A stretch of 64,000 nt of DNA from NCBI GenBank assembly GCA_964304625.1, contig OZ199840.1, positions 7,231,635-7,295,634 on the forward strand, in the 5' to 3' direction. This document shows, in pieces, positions 12,959-27,400 of the stretch. Within the stretch, counting starts at the first letter, position 1. The number at the start of each line of letters is the position of its first letter. The DNA is from Kudoa neothunni. Taxonomy: Eukaryota; Animalia; Cnidaria. Below the pieces are notes generated by a model, which was not told where the DNA came from, ran no database searches, and was given only the letters and a program-made list of their open reading frames with translations. The translations under genes were made by a program, and so were the position numbers.

Positions 12959-15900
12959 TTATTTTTGATGAGAGATTTTAACATTTTGTGGCATATTTCT
13001 ACAAAGATCAGTACCCTATGGCATAATGAAGTAACTAAAAGAACGTGACATATTGGTATTACTTTAAGACTGGAAATAGCTGTTTTTTCAATGATAGCTT
13101 CCTTAGCTTTACCAATGAAAATCGTTATCATTTTTTTGAAGGCTAAACAAATCAGGTATAAATAACATTGATGATGTTGGATAGGAAAGAATCAACCAGA
13201 TCCACGTCTTTCAGTTCCAGGTGTAAGTTTAACTTTGTATCTATTTAAATCTATTATAAAACCGGAAAAGTTAATGAGAGATTACTTGTACTTCGACATA
13301 GATGAATAGGGACCACAGACTGGAAGTATAAATTCAACTTGGTCGTCCCCCTCAATACAAAAGCTTAAGTAATTGATTATTTCATCCTAAAAAGTTTCCA
13401 CTTCTAATTTATACTAATTGGGAAAATACCTCGGTGGTTGAATACATTTTATTATCATTATCATCATTCATATCATTGTTCGTCTGTCGGCTAGTCTTGA
13501 CTTTTTTGGGCGGAGCTTTTTTTTCTGGTAGAAATATTGAGTCACTATGAATGAAGTTTAGAAAATCACTTGCTAGAATTTTTTGGCGTTGTTCAGATAG
13601 TTTCTTCTGCTCTTCAGTCTTTTTTTGTAATTTAATATGTTTTTTAGTGATCCTCTCGGGAGTCTAATATAAATTTAAAAAACAGCATTTATATCCTAAT
13701 ATCTACATGCGACTTTTCAATAGCAGCTAGTTTATCTTCAATATCTTGATTCGAATACTTCTTCTTAATCTTTTTTAGTTTATTCTACGAGTGAATATTT
13801 TTAGAAATTCAATTTAATTCAAAAATCATGATTTTTTACTCTTTGAAATTTGGTTAAATTCGTGTTAATTGGTTTGGGGTTGTCCTAAATAAAATATAAA
13901 TCATTCAACGTTATATATTTTACTATCATTTCAAGCGAAATAGAGCTAAGTTCTGAATCTAGCATTTGTATAGTTGCAGTTGGGTTAGGCGACAAAATAT
14001 CATCCTAAAATATAGGTTAATTCAAAACATGTTAATTGACTCAATATTACAGTCGGTTCGTTATCCGCGCACCGAACAGGTATTTTTTCATGCTCAGTGG
14101 AGATTTGATTTTCATTCACCAAATCGGCCACCGAGGTTCTCTCCTCTACAGCTAAATTATTAAATAAGCCGCAATTTATTTTTCATCCAATGATTAGAGA
14201 AAAGGAGTACGGTGGATGGAGAAGATTACATGATACACGCACGGTTTAAAATTTTATTTGCTTTCGAAAATTAATTGAAAAATAGTCAAAATTAATTTTT
14301 TAATAATTTCTAATAACAAGTTTAAACTTTTTTAATTAATATTTGTCGCATGTTAGTAATTTCATGTACTTTTCTTTATTCTTTGTTATATAGAAATTTA
14401 ACCCTTATTTTAATTGATTGAAAACTGTTTAAAACTAAAAAAGCTTCTTAAAAATGTCTAGTGATTAAATTTTATGAATGTATACCACCTAAACATGAAA
14501 ATTTACCCACAGAGACTCATTAATAATTGTTCCCTGTTACAAACCTTAGTGAGATTTAAAAACTTCGTGATAAAATTCTTAGAATTTATTATGGTAAGTA
14601 ACTCTTCAAAATTAGAAAATATTTTAAAATTAACACTCAAAGGATAACCTTGAGCTCCACGCGGCCACCTTTATATTATTTTGTTCATGAATTTTGCTGT
14701 TAAGCATGTTATATTTTGCGCATATTCGCCAGATTTTCATCTACATTTTTAAACAAAGCATTATCTACAGACCGACATAATAAAATTAGTTAAAGGTTTG
14801 GCAAAATTAAACAAAACATACCAGGTTTTACAACAAAATAATAGAAGGGTGGACGCGCAAATCCAATGGTTAGACGTTACGAGTTAATCGGTATAATTTG
14901 ATTATTTCTCCATAAATACCCGTCATGTTACCTACATGGAGTAGGCACTTTACTTTGTTTTTTGACAATGAGCCCTAGCTTATTTTAACTATATTTAAGA
15001 AAAAGGTTCTAAGAATTATTTCCTAATAGGATCTTCGCTAAGAACACAATACAAATCAAATTACGACTTATTTTCGAAAAAAATAATTATCAACAACAAG
15101 GCGTATAGTATTTTTTTCTCAACCGTACATTACTTTAAATTGTGACAATAAAGCGTGTTTTAAGATGCAACATAAAGTGGGTAAAAATATCAAAACGTTT
15201 TCATTCTATAATAGATTATTAACAATTGAAGGAATCATTGAAACTATTCGTATTTGGGCTATATAAAAGTAAATCTCGGTTTTATAAGAAATATGACAAA
15301 AGCATCCTTATAGAATAAATATAAAAAAGACTCGGATAAATAAAGAAACTATTTAGAATTTTCAAATCGACTAAATATAAAAAAACAAAAACCAACAGAT
15401 TTTTATCGGAATGCGAGTTCCGATCAAATGAGAAATTCGGGAAAACCCAATATTCATTTTCTGAAAAATGTCATCTGTATCCTCGAGCCATTAAATCAAA
15501 CGATAATAGTTCTATTTTAATAATTTAACAAAACAATGATCTCAAAATTGTTTTCGTTTGCGTGAATAGGACTGGAGGACTTCTAACACTTTGTAAGTAA
15601 CAAGCTTAATTAGAAAAATACTCAAACAGTGTCGCCTACTTTTCTACCAGAGTCTGAACCAACCATAATTTACAAACAACTCAACATAATCCAATCAGGC
15701 GGTATAAAACAGAAAAATAAAAACTATGACGATAGAATAACGTCAAATAAAATAAATAAGACGACAAAAATAACGAGTTATCATTTTCAATTATTTCTCT
15801 TCTCTCATAAAAAAGTATCAAAATAGGAGGTTAATTATTTTAAATTCTGATTTTATAACAATTTTGATTTAGAAATGATGATACTTAGGAAAAACATTAG

Positions 15901-18900
15901 CAATTATGATCGACTCAAAAAGTTGAAAACAATAGAAATTAAATTTAAAAAAAAGATTAGAATATATGACGGAATTTAAAATACGACGAAAAGTACGCTG
16001 TAATGACCAAAGTTTCATTCTCAATTCCAAATATTATGCGAGAATAACAAATTATTGCTCACATATAATTAAATTAAGTGTTAAAATTCTTTAACTTACT
16101 AAAAATAATATTATCTTATAAGTTTGAATTTAAAGTAACTGAACCGACAAAAAAAGTGATTTGTTTTCTTTAGCGATAACGCAAAAAGCGCATCAAGATG
16201 TTAACTCGTGTAAATATTTACCTCTTTTTACAGTACGAAACTCCATTACTATTAAATCAACTAAGAATTATCGGAAAATGTGCAATATCTTTTATGAGAT
16301 GCGATTGTACTTAACATATACGAATTGAAATTACGACTATTTTTTGGTGCTTCGCTTGAAGCCGCTATCAACAGATCATTGTCTTTACAAGAAACTTCAT
16401 CATGTTTATCCCGTACAATGTTGTCAGTCGAATTGGGCGTAACTTGATTGAATGTCTGCAAATTGGTTTGTGACATAAAAAGCACACCAAATCCTAGTGT
16501 AAGCTGTGAAGGAGAGACAAAGTTTTTCTGCCCCGATATAATGAAACTTCCGGTTGGAACATGTTCTCCGCTAGGTGGTGTTTTTGACACCTAACATCAT
16601 TCAAAATGAAGATCATTATCATTTGAAGTAACTTTACTTGATTAGCATGTACCCAATACGCTTGAATTGCAAGGTGATTATCCCACGCAGAGCTATGACA
16701 AACCGCAAAAAGTGCAGCTTGTTCGACGGTTTTAGTGAAGACTTGATCTACCGCGTGAGAGTTTTCAGACCGAGGAAGGCGTGCAATTACGATTGAAGCA
16801 CCATGTAGATCAGCATGAAAAAATAAATCATCTAACGCACCCCATTTAAATTCTAATAAATGGAATAGCAATTACTATCTCTCATGTATCGTTTGACAAG
16901 GCGCTCATTTTGTTGAGCATCTCTCCCACCGACTACCAACACATTATCCGACGAAATAAACCAAAAATAGTTTTCGAACCTAAAATCGTCATAAAAACTA
17001 ATCAAAACAATTTCTCTAAATGACGGACCAATATATTTTTCGATTTTTCTGAACAAAAGTAGCAATTTTTTCTTTTTTAAGCACTAAAAGTTTCTTTTTT
17101 TCGGCTGATTTTAACGCCTATAAAATAAATTTTGATATACATCAATGTTATCATTTGCATTAATTACAGCAGATAGTGATTCTTTCGTTTTCTCATATTT
17201 TTCGATCATTTTTTTGCGCTTATCATAGTAACTGCCGAAATTTTTAGTTAAAAACCACACCACAATTCTATAATGTACTATTTTGCGTTTGCAAAGCCAT
17301 TCAAATCCAGGAAGACTTCCACTAACGTCTACATACATCAAACATGTTCAAATATGTGAATTAACATCATAAAGAAAATGGCTATTTTCACATGCGACAA
17401 TGTTTTAATAAATATTTCAATATTTTAAAAATTTAACGGAGGAGAAGGAATAAAATAAAAGTATCGTTGAAAATTAGGTTATATAATAATTCATATGGAT
17501 TTTTGAACATTTTAATGCAACTTAGCATAATATAAAGTATGATAAAGTAGGATTGGATTAGGTTGGCTTAAAGGAATAGCTACGATATAAAATGTTACCG
17601 TATGGCGATGGCGCGCCTTAGAAGTAGCGATATTTGAATCCAAATTTTCAATAACAACTTCTCCTGGAAATCTATAAATTGAGAGAACGTTATGTGTGAG
17701 GTCAATCACGTTGAAAATCACTTCAGCTCAAGAGTGATGGATTTAGAAGCATAGTTTGGTTTGGATATGATGCTACAAAGAGAATTGTCGGAATTCTGAG
17801 AGTCACTTTTCGCTTTTTTCAAAAGTTCCTCAAGAACTTGCCAGTTAACTTCGTTAAGCAAATCTTGTACTAGTGCGATACATTTTTCAACCTAAAACAA
17901 AAATTTATACCACAAACACATGCCATACTTTAACAATCTAAATATACAATTTCAGTGTTATTTTCAATTAGTTTTGCACGCAAAAACATGCTCTCCTAAG
18001 AACAATCGAAAAAATCAACTAAATAGTTAAAGTTGAATGACCTGTTGGGCTACTAAAGCTTCCAATCGTTTCTCTTGATCATTTTTAACATTGGTCAGTT
18101 TTTTGTTGGCCTTTTTTCTGACATTTGTCTCTTGAGTGATACTTTTTTGTTCAAATGCATGCTTGAAAAATTCATCGACAGTCTATATGAAATTTAGGCG
18201 TTGGGATAGACAATTAATCTCGAAACTTTGTTGAATGAATCGAAATAAAGAATATTTTTTTGATCACATAATACATCAGTATAGACATTATTTTCATTTG
18301 GTAATACATGGAAATCATTATAGCTATAAAAAGTTAAACTAACTATCTGTAATAGCACAAAAATACTGTTTTTGATCTGGGTCGTCAGTGATGGAATACA
18401 AAATATATCCTCGCTTAAATAAATATTCATATTACTTACAATCGTGCATTAACTACTGTATTCAAGCCGCTTTTCAGAGTCACACAAATTTTATTCGTTT
18501 CATGGAATGCATTAAATATTTTCTGCAACACTAAATAGAAACGATGATTAATGCAAGCTCTAATTGTTCAGTCAAATACAGTCAATATCTAGCTTTGAAG
18601 ATGAATCAATTTTGAGCTTGGGATCAACATTATTTCTTGATAACATCAGTTTAAAAAGCACATTGCTAAACACTACATATTAAATTAAATAAAAATAACT
18701 ATCTCTTAACCAATACCAAAATCATGGGAGAAAACTTTCAATACTTCTGTTGGTCGAGACAACTTTCCAAAGTAGTCATTAAGTCTAAACGACATCAACG
18801 GTCAAATAAAATAAATGGAATATGTGATTTAACTCAACATTATTGTTTTAATTACGTTTCTACGTCAATAATTTGATGTTCCGATTTGTTGATCGCATTT

Positions 18901-19565
18901 CCAGTCGGATACACACTATGAACAGTTAGAGGAGTTTCTCCATCATCACGTTTTCTCAGGATGTCGATTATAACTGAATTTTGGTCAGTAAGTATAATAT
19001 TTCCCTAATAATAAAATTTATTGAATCATATTTATCCCATTAAATAATTACCCTATCATACAACTCAATAATTAGGTGAACAGTAAAATCGCCGCTTCCA
19101 AAAGTCAATTTAACCATTCGGTCACACCCAATTTGCTGAATATCCATTAAACGTCGATTGTCAACAAACTTTCGAAGCTAAATTAAGAAAGTTAGCGGAA
19201 AAATAATTATTCATTCATTATAGTTTCCCAGGTAGAGGATTATCAATTTAGATGTTTTAATCACAACAAACTCTAAAATAATCAAATACTCTCATAGTAA
19301 AATTAGACGGAATTTTATTCTTTGTCCATTCATAATTAGACATGTGGATCCGTATACCAGATTCAATCACAATAATAACTTTATCACTGGATCTAAAAGC
19401 ATACAATTATGACAACTACTGAAACAATTCTATTCACTCCGTTAATTTCACAAGGAAACACTTTGAATTAACATCATAAACTTTTTTAACTCGCATACCA
19501 ACCGCATGTCGTTTGATTTCGGCGATCAAAACACACACATCTAAAGTTGTTAAACGAGACTTCAT
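12959..19565 (-). CDS. NEMF: Ribosome quality-control factor NEMF (Rqc2/Caliban), multi-exon, with a ~2.2-kb internal intron
   Basis: N-terminus [32 protein letters not shown]; QQIGCDRMV...IIELYDRGNIILTD; NFACT-R domain [66 protein letters not shown]; C-terminus [21 protein letters not shown]...[16 protein letters not shown]. Confidence 0.95.
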
Positions 19566-21399
19566 ACTATTTTATAAACATAGTTCGCGCATGTCATTAA
19601 GAATGTGAGTATGTGCAAACTGTTTGGTTGTTTAGCTTTGTTTTTTGCAATAAATTTGTTCACTTCAATACGAAAGCAAACTAAGTTTAATTAGAAACTA
19701 TATTAATTGTGACTTGAAAAAAACGAACAGTTTCCATTATATAAAAAACAATTTTGCATAAATGTATATATATATATATATATATCTGTTAAACCATTAT
19801 AAATGTAGATTTTTTTATGATAATCAATTATGAATCAAAATTTGCATGATATACGATGATATTTGAGTTTAAAGCAAAATTTTGGTCAAGACCGTTGTTG
19901 GATATTTTCCACATCAAATAGACCTGAAAAAATATTAAAACTATTCTTATTCTAAATAAGATTTGAAATCTTGTCGTTAGATAAAAAATTTGTGTTTATC
20001 GTAAAAATTTCCTGGGTTTGTTATTTAAAATGATAAAAGGTTGATAAAACCTCAGAAATACAGGTTCAGAATTAATCAGGCCTTTAATATTTTTAAAGTA
20101 GTAGTGATTTCTAAATTGCTAATATAATTTAAAATGTGGGAAAATTGATAAATAAGTATTTATTAAAATGGAATGACTTGGCGTCAATCGGTGATTTTCC
20201 AATTTTGATAAGTAAATTAGCACTTCAGTTCTCAAAAACATGAGCCCAAAAGTCAAATTTCCCAAAGATAAATTCTAATTCAAAGATTTTTATGATAATC
20301 AATGGGGTTAAATTCAAGTAGCAACTGAATTAATGGAAATAAATGAAATTGGTTTTCATTTCCTCCAATAAAACAAAAATATAGAGTGAAAAAATTTATT
20401 TAAACGTATTGCTTTGCTCCAAGATCATTATCTGATTGAAATTCACTTTATAGAAATATTCAACGAATATGCGATACTCATTAAACAAACTAGGGACCAG
20501 TTTACATTATAATCTAAATAATGAAAACCCGCTTGATCCCGAATGTTGAAAATATTGAGAATAGTATTTTTAATATTCGTGATTAGATAAATAATGATTT
20601 TTGATTCAAAAAGAACATCGACGAAATATATAAGTATTATACGACTCGCTCCGTTTATACGCAGGATTACATTATTTGACAAGTAAAATGTTTTATGAGA
20701 AGAAATATTAAAAATTAACAAAGGTTCGAAATCAACGTATTGGAATGTGATTTCTTTCAATTACAATTTTTTACTTCATTAAATTCTTCTATTTAAAATA
20801 ATCAATTATGAAAAATGTAAATATTGATCATTTATGCTTATTTATATTCTTATAATATGCTAAGGCTTAAAAAATAAAATAATGTATTTTTAAAAGTAAC
20901 TAAAGGCTCAATCAATGTTTCCGTCGATAATGACTTCGAAAAAGTGACGAGATGTTTGTCCAACACCAATGGATCTGTTAATAAATAATAAAATTATTAT
21001 CATCCATTAATGCTGTGATAAGGTTTATCAACAATGAGATATGAAACAAATTCAGAAAAGAACTAATTATTAATTATTTTAGTTGTAGAATGATATAAGT
21101 GCGAAATTTAAGTAGTCAATCTAAATTTAAAATACTATAAGAAACCAATTTCACGTACCCCCGCGCGAAATTATTCAGGAAAAACTTAATCTTTAATAAA
21201 GGTCAAGTTGCGTTGAAAAGGCCATTTAACTATATATTAATTTTTAAAGATAATTAAAACTCGAGAAACGCGTTAACAGCAAAAAAATATTTTTCAGAAA
21301 ACTATTAAGTACTCATCTTGTTGTTGGTAGAATAAAATAGTTTTGTCTGCATTGTAAATAGAAATTTTCAGGGTATCCTTTGCAAAGTTTTCGGATGTG

Positions 21400-21660
21400 A
21401 TTGATTCACTCTTAAGTAGTTTTAGACTTAGCATCAGCGGATTAGCTAATACAATTTGATTTTTTTAATGTTGGAACTTTTCTTTAAAACAACGAATCCC
21501 TTCACGAATCGCACATGAAGGTAAAACTTTTTTTCCGGCTAATTAATTTCTCATAGCGATTACCCTGACAGCGCTTACTCTTATTGCAATCTTTTTGTTC
21601 GTGCCCACTCAATCTACTCATATACATCTTCATCAATAGGATGAAATTACCCTGCATGCA
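21400..21660 (-). pseudogene. Tigger/pogo (CENP-B-type HTH) transposase remnant
   Basis: Stop-riddled FHPIDEDVYE*IEWARTK and downstream EGIRCFKEKF resemble the Tc5 HTH. Confidence 0.4.
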
Positions 21661-24403
21661 AATGATTTCTATTTTTATATTTTAAAAACACTTATCGGTT
21701 TTGATTATTTTATTTTTCCACTCTAGGATGTCATTAAGAGTCGAGATAATAGATATTTAAAAACGTGATACAGTGGCAGTTTTTGGATCATTAGATTGGA
21801 GACTTGCATAATAATTAGTAATATTGTACTTTTCGGCAACAGGTATAATTATAGGAATTTTTGCATTAAATATTGACTTAGTTAAATAATAAACAAGAAG
21901 TACCCAAAAAAAGTGCGTGAAATCGGCTAATCACGTGGCTATTAGTTACATTATTTAGCAACTTTTTAAAATAATTTTTATAAAAATTTTGATTAAAAGT
22001 TTGTAAGATACATATTATATAATCAACGACCAATCAATATTCTAACTAAATAGATTTCCCAAAAGTGCGTGAAACTGGTTATTTACTGTATATAAATTAG
22101 ACTAAATATATTTTTGAACAAAATACACTTTTTCAAAATATTTTTTCCAGGAGTTACATAATATGTTTTATAAATATAAAAATATTCAAAATTCTTTTTA
22201 ATGAGTATTGGTCGATTTGCATTGATATTTTGTTTTAGGTCAAAAAACTCACATTTGAAAATATAAGAATCTTTAAAAATTTTCCAACTCTCGTAATCAC
22301 TGTTTTATCTAATACCACTTGTCGAAAAATATTTTTGTAATTTTGGAGAAAAGTTTAAATTAATTATACAAAATTTTGGCCAGCAATAATTTTCGTTGTT
22401 TCTGTTTTCTTTGTTATACGTCATAAAATGTGGCCGTGATGTAATAACGAATATTACATATAACAAAGTATAAATCCTAACATAATTAGAGTGGATAACT
22501 ACTACACATCATGAAAATAACGCTACTCGTATTATAGATTGTCTTATTTCTTTCTTCTAGTGCAAAAGAAAAAGGCAAAAAAACTCTCTATTGAGGCAAC
22601 CTATTGCTATTTTCCTCATTGGTATTTAAAGCTAGAATAATTTGATCTATAAAATACTTTGGGGTCATTAATTAATTAATTACCCAGCTATAACAACTAA
22701 ACATGAACAAAGAAAATATAGATCAAAGTATCCTTCATAATTGACACCGATTGTGTCTATTTTATCTATTTATTGTCGATAATTATTTATCTGTAGATTA
22801 AAAACTTTTTTAGCTATTTTAGGACGAATTCACAAAATAAAGATCATTTAAGACACCAACGTAGGCATTTAAAGTTGCAATGGTATATGCTGTTTACAAG
22901 ACGAAATTTTTCTTGAAACAATTAATAATTTTGTACGCTACCTTTATAATATTTTTTAAATTTGTCTTGACATATTCTGGAGAACCAAAATTAGAGAGAG
23001 GAAACATACGCGCAGGTATTAGAAAATAGTCCAATGGGTGACGGGTGGATCTTTGTGACGTGTAGTTCGTAATTTGAGAAAATGTTACAAAATTAACATA
23101 CATGTAAGATTATAATAAGTTATTTATTTCTCAAACTATTCAATAACATTTATTTGACAATTAAGAATATAAATAAAATATTTTTTAATTAATTAATTAT
23201 GGATTATTGTGTAGTGACGTGTGACTCGTGACTTCATGTACGTTGAGATTTTTGTTTTCGATTGGTAGAGAAATGGGGAACCGAAATAAAAATTGAGTTA
23301 GGACATTAAAATAGAAATATGAAATAATAAAGTTTTTAAAAAACTAGCGAAGGTTTGGTGCGGAAACAACATTGAAAACGATATCAATATTAGTGATTTT
23401 ACAAGTTATGGTAACTGTCACAGAGATGACAAGTTTCATAAATTCGACGATAGAAAACGAAAAATTATTCCATTCAAAATTGCCTCTCGCTCATTTTTCT
23501 GATTTAAGACATTTGAAATATCATGGTTTAAATAATCATAAACATCAAACGGATACTGAATGAGAAGTACAAAATATAATTGTCAGAAAACTTAAAAATA
23601 TTACTAAATTGACTAATCCCCCCAAAATAATTTATCGTTATAGTTGATTTGTAACATTTTTTCCTCCACAGTATTGCGCGCACGATCTCAGATTTTAAGA
23701 ACCACCTGTCACCCACTGTGTTACCATTATCGCGTTTGCGACGACAAATTACATCCCAGGCGAATTTATTCAATGTCACCTTACTAGCATTACTTCTGAT
23801 ATTTTAAACAAATTATTTGAAGAAAGAATCCGTTAACAACTTATATAATCAAATATCTACGCATTCTATAGTCTCATTCTATACAGTTTTTGTTCTAATA
23901 TATTTATAAATAATCCTTTTTAATTGAAAATTCCATATACATTAATATTTCTTATTTTGTCGTCGAATTAACAGAACTATTTTCTTCCGAGTTTATTTGA
24001 GAATATTTTAAATTATATCACAGAGATTAATACTTCCTCGTATTTATCACAGAAGTCAAATTTTTTAAGTAAGCATGAGTTATTGCTAAGCAGACAGTAA
24101 ATTGTCTAAAATGTTTTAAGCATGCGAAATAAAATTGATATATCTCATAACTTAACTATATTATAAATATTGCATTTAGAAAGCATGGAAAATAATAAAA
24201 ACCTCTTTTTTAATACTTCAATAATCACTTTAGAATCATGCAAACTTGTGAGTTGATACTCAACTCATAAATTTTCACATTTGACAAGTAAGAATAGCGC
24301 CAAATCAAAAAGATTAAGGAAACAATTACAAAATAAATATTATAGAGCAATAACAGAGAACACATCTTAACATTTAAAAATAGACTATTTTGATATAAAT
24401 TGA

Positions 24404-27400
24404 TTATGGAGCATCGTTAGCACCATCTCTCAGATTACTGTATGCTTTTTGGTTAATTATGTGGTAAGGAGGTTTAGTGGAAACCTCGCTGTCACCTGCT
24501 ATCGTAAGATCTCTCATCCTATCGCTAAAAGAAAAGATGTGTTCATAACTAGTGTCGCGATGATGACAATATCATAGAAATAACAAACCTAAAGGTACCA
24601 CTCTGAGATCCATGTTGACTACTCGTAACAAAATTTTGGTCATAATCATTGCTGATAACCGATGTGCTTTTGGTGGTCAAACAAAATCGATAGTATTTAG
24701 TGGTATTGAGTGTAATAGGTTCTGGGAATAGTTTATCACAATGCCTAATTAGATACGTAGCAACATCTTTATCACAGAATGAAAGATCATGCCTAAAATA
24801 ACAAAAAAATCAATTAAGAAAGAAGAGAAGAAAGCTGTGAGTGTACAATAATAAAAACATACGAGTTATCGACGTCTAGATTCTTCCTCAGAATTGCAGG
24901 CCCAAAAACAATTCCAAGGTTCATCTCATCCATTTTATTTTTATCAGAATGTGAAGCAACAAGACTGAGAAATTTCATCAGATAACTTCACACGAAACTC
25001 GTTATAACACATTTTACCTTACTACAGAAACATACTGTAAATTTCGATAAAATGGTTGTGGAATTTTCTCGACTAATTTTTTCATTTCACCCACAGGTAC
25101 ATTTTTTGAAGATCTACAACAACAAAATTGCATCACATCGTCAAACATTCTACTAAGACTATTACAGGATCAGTTGTTTGAAATCGTTGTATAGCTCAAA
25201 AGGTATTAGAGGCATGGGCAATTTGAGCAAATATCTTTTCAAACATGCTAAATGAGATCAGTCATTATTTTCAGTGAGTTGTAAAACTTATTTATTAATA
25301 ATAAAAATATTCTACGCCGTTTTTAACAAAAATTAAATCTTAAAGGATAATAACGGAGAACTCCAAAGTCAGCCCTCTTTAACAAGGGCTTATTGTGGTG
25401 AAAAAGCAGGCCATAAGAGGAACCTACACAATAAACTAAAAGATACGTCAAACATTTATTACGTGGAAGAATTAAATTATCTGATTTCGTGTTACATCCA
25501 ACTAGTTTCACAATTTAACAAGCATGTCAGTGCACACACATAAACACGCGCTAAAAGCTTATGTTATTGATCTTAGAGTATATGCCATTCTAATGAAACT
25601 TGGTCTCTAATAACAAGAAAATTGTTGAATATGTTAATAAACTATAGTTTTTCATTTATTTAATTTCCTGAATATTAATATAAAAAGAAAATTATACAGC
25701 CAAACAAAAAATTAAATTTATAAGGATTAATGCACGATTGATTATCTCGGGAGCCGCCAAACTTTTTTTTCGTCGACTCCTTTCAGAGATTCTATTAAAA
25801 ATATTAGGGTGTATTCATTTTTTTTACTAGAACAATTAAAAATATGTGCAATATATCCCATTAATATTCTATTTCCAATACATAATAAAATGCGAAATTA
25901 TATTGAACCCAAAAAAGCATAAATTAACGGTAACATCAAAATATATTAGAAAAATTCTTGAAATTTGTAGATTTACGAAGATATTTATAATCAGGTCATG
26001 GAAAAAACAACTATATTAGAAAATTTACTACAATGAATCTATTTTTCATCATAAATCATATTCAACTTACCTACCAAGTTAGGTCGCTTGTATATGATTA
26101 TAGTTACATACGTTTACACATACATAAATACAACAGCAGATTTTAAGATTAAACTACACATATATAAAAAAGTTAATATTTATTCATGGCTGTCTCTAAA
26201 AGTTAATAAGAATATCTTAATCTTTACCATAAGACTATGTTCCTTAGCCCGGGGGCGCTTGAAGAGTTTTTAAAGTGTCCGCAGAGGTTCAAACGACATT
26301 TTCAGATTACTATATTTAATTTTGTAACTTACTTCCGTAATTACGATTCAAATCAATTTTAAAAATTAGACTTATCCTTCTTTGTCAATTATAAAATTAA
26401 TATAAACAGTCGTTATTGTTTTATAAATTGTTAATAACAATGAATACTGTTGGTCATTAATATTTAAGAAAAACAAAGCCAGTGTATTCACTAGTTTTTA
26501 TGAGCTACAAAGTATCTCTACATAAATGAAAAACATTGCATTACATAACTAGGAAATGTGGTGTTTGATTTTAACTTAAAAATAAAAAACAAATGTCATG
26601 GGGTAGCATTAATTAATATAATTAAATAATATAGTATGAAGCAGGAAGATGGGAGGCATACCTTAAAAGCCCATAAAATTCACCGGAATCTCTATAACAC
26701 GTATCGACTCCCATTCGACCCCTAGCGTAATTATCGACCCCCTAGAAGTTCTCATCGACCACTTTGGAGACTCCTGGCTTACCCCCTAGCAGGCAACAAT
26801 TCTCATCCCAAGTCAAATCCGAGCGAGGGATGAATAGATAAAAATAATCCTTTTTTTTATTTATTGTAAAAATTAATCAAAATTTACATCACAATTTTTA
26901 CCGATATTTCTTGTCATGTGATTTATTTATTTTGCGATTAAAATGCTTTATATTTTATTATTATCTTTAGTCTGAGTATTCGGAAAACGCCCTGAAAATA
27001 TTAATTTCTAATCAATTGTTATCATTTACTAAATGGCACTGATCAAAATTCAAATAAACTATCTAATGATTCGATAAAAAATCAGAGAAAGTGCGTTACA
27101 ATACACAAATTTTGATTATTTTATTCAACAGTTGCAATCATTCATGGAGGAGTATTTTAATTTACATAATAAACTAAAATTTCTGATGAGAAGCGTATAC
27201 TATGCAGAAGAATTAAAGTAAAATTCTTAGATTTGGATCTGTCACAATGCTACTTTAAGGTTTCTTCAACTTAAATAAAAAATGCTGTACGGAGAGAGTA
27301 ACATGTACACATCCTTATATGTGAAACATACATTTAAAAAAATTAAAACATGATTAATCCGTAAAATTCACAAACAAAACGTTTATATATTTTAAGTAAT

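Noticed and set aside
17111-17341. Apparent GC-AG intron or insertion in NEMF
   Set aside because: Canonical GT-AG splicing in another frame gives [17 protein letters not shown]|YYDKRK, which matches NEMF.
19800-24300. Short ORFs (for example 20443-20760, 22894-23103, 23528-23779)
   Set aside because: No splice-consistent gene or recognisable domain; likely decayed TE or random AT-rich ORFs.
26704-26760. Short spaced TCGACC repeats, superficially CRISPR-like
   Set aside because: Too short and irregular, with no cas genes; typical hAT subterminal motifs.
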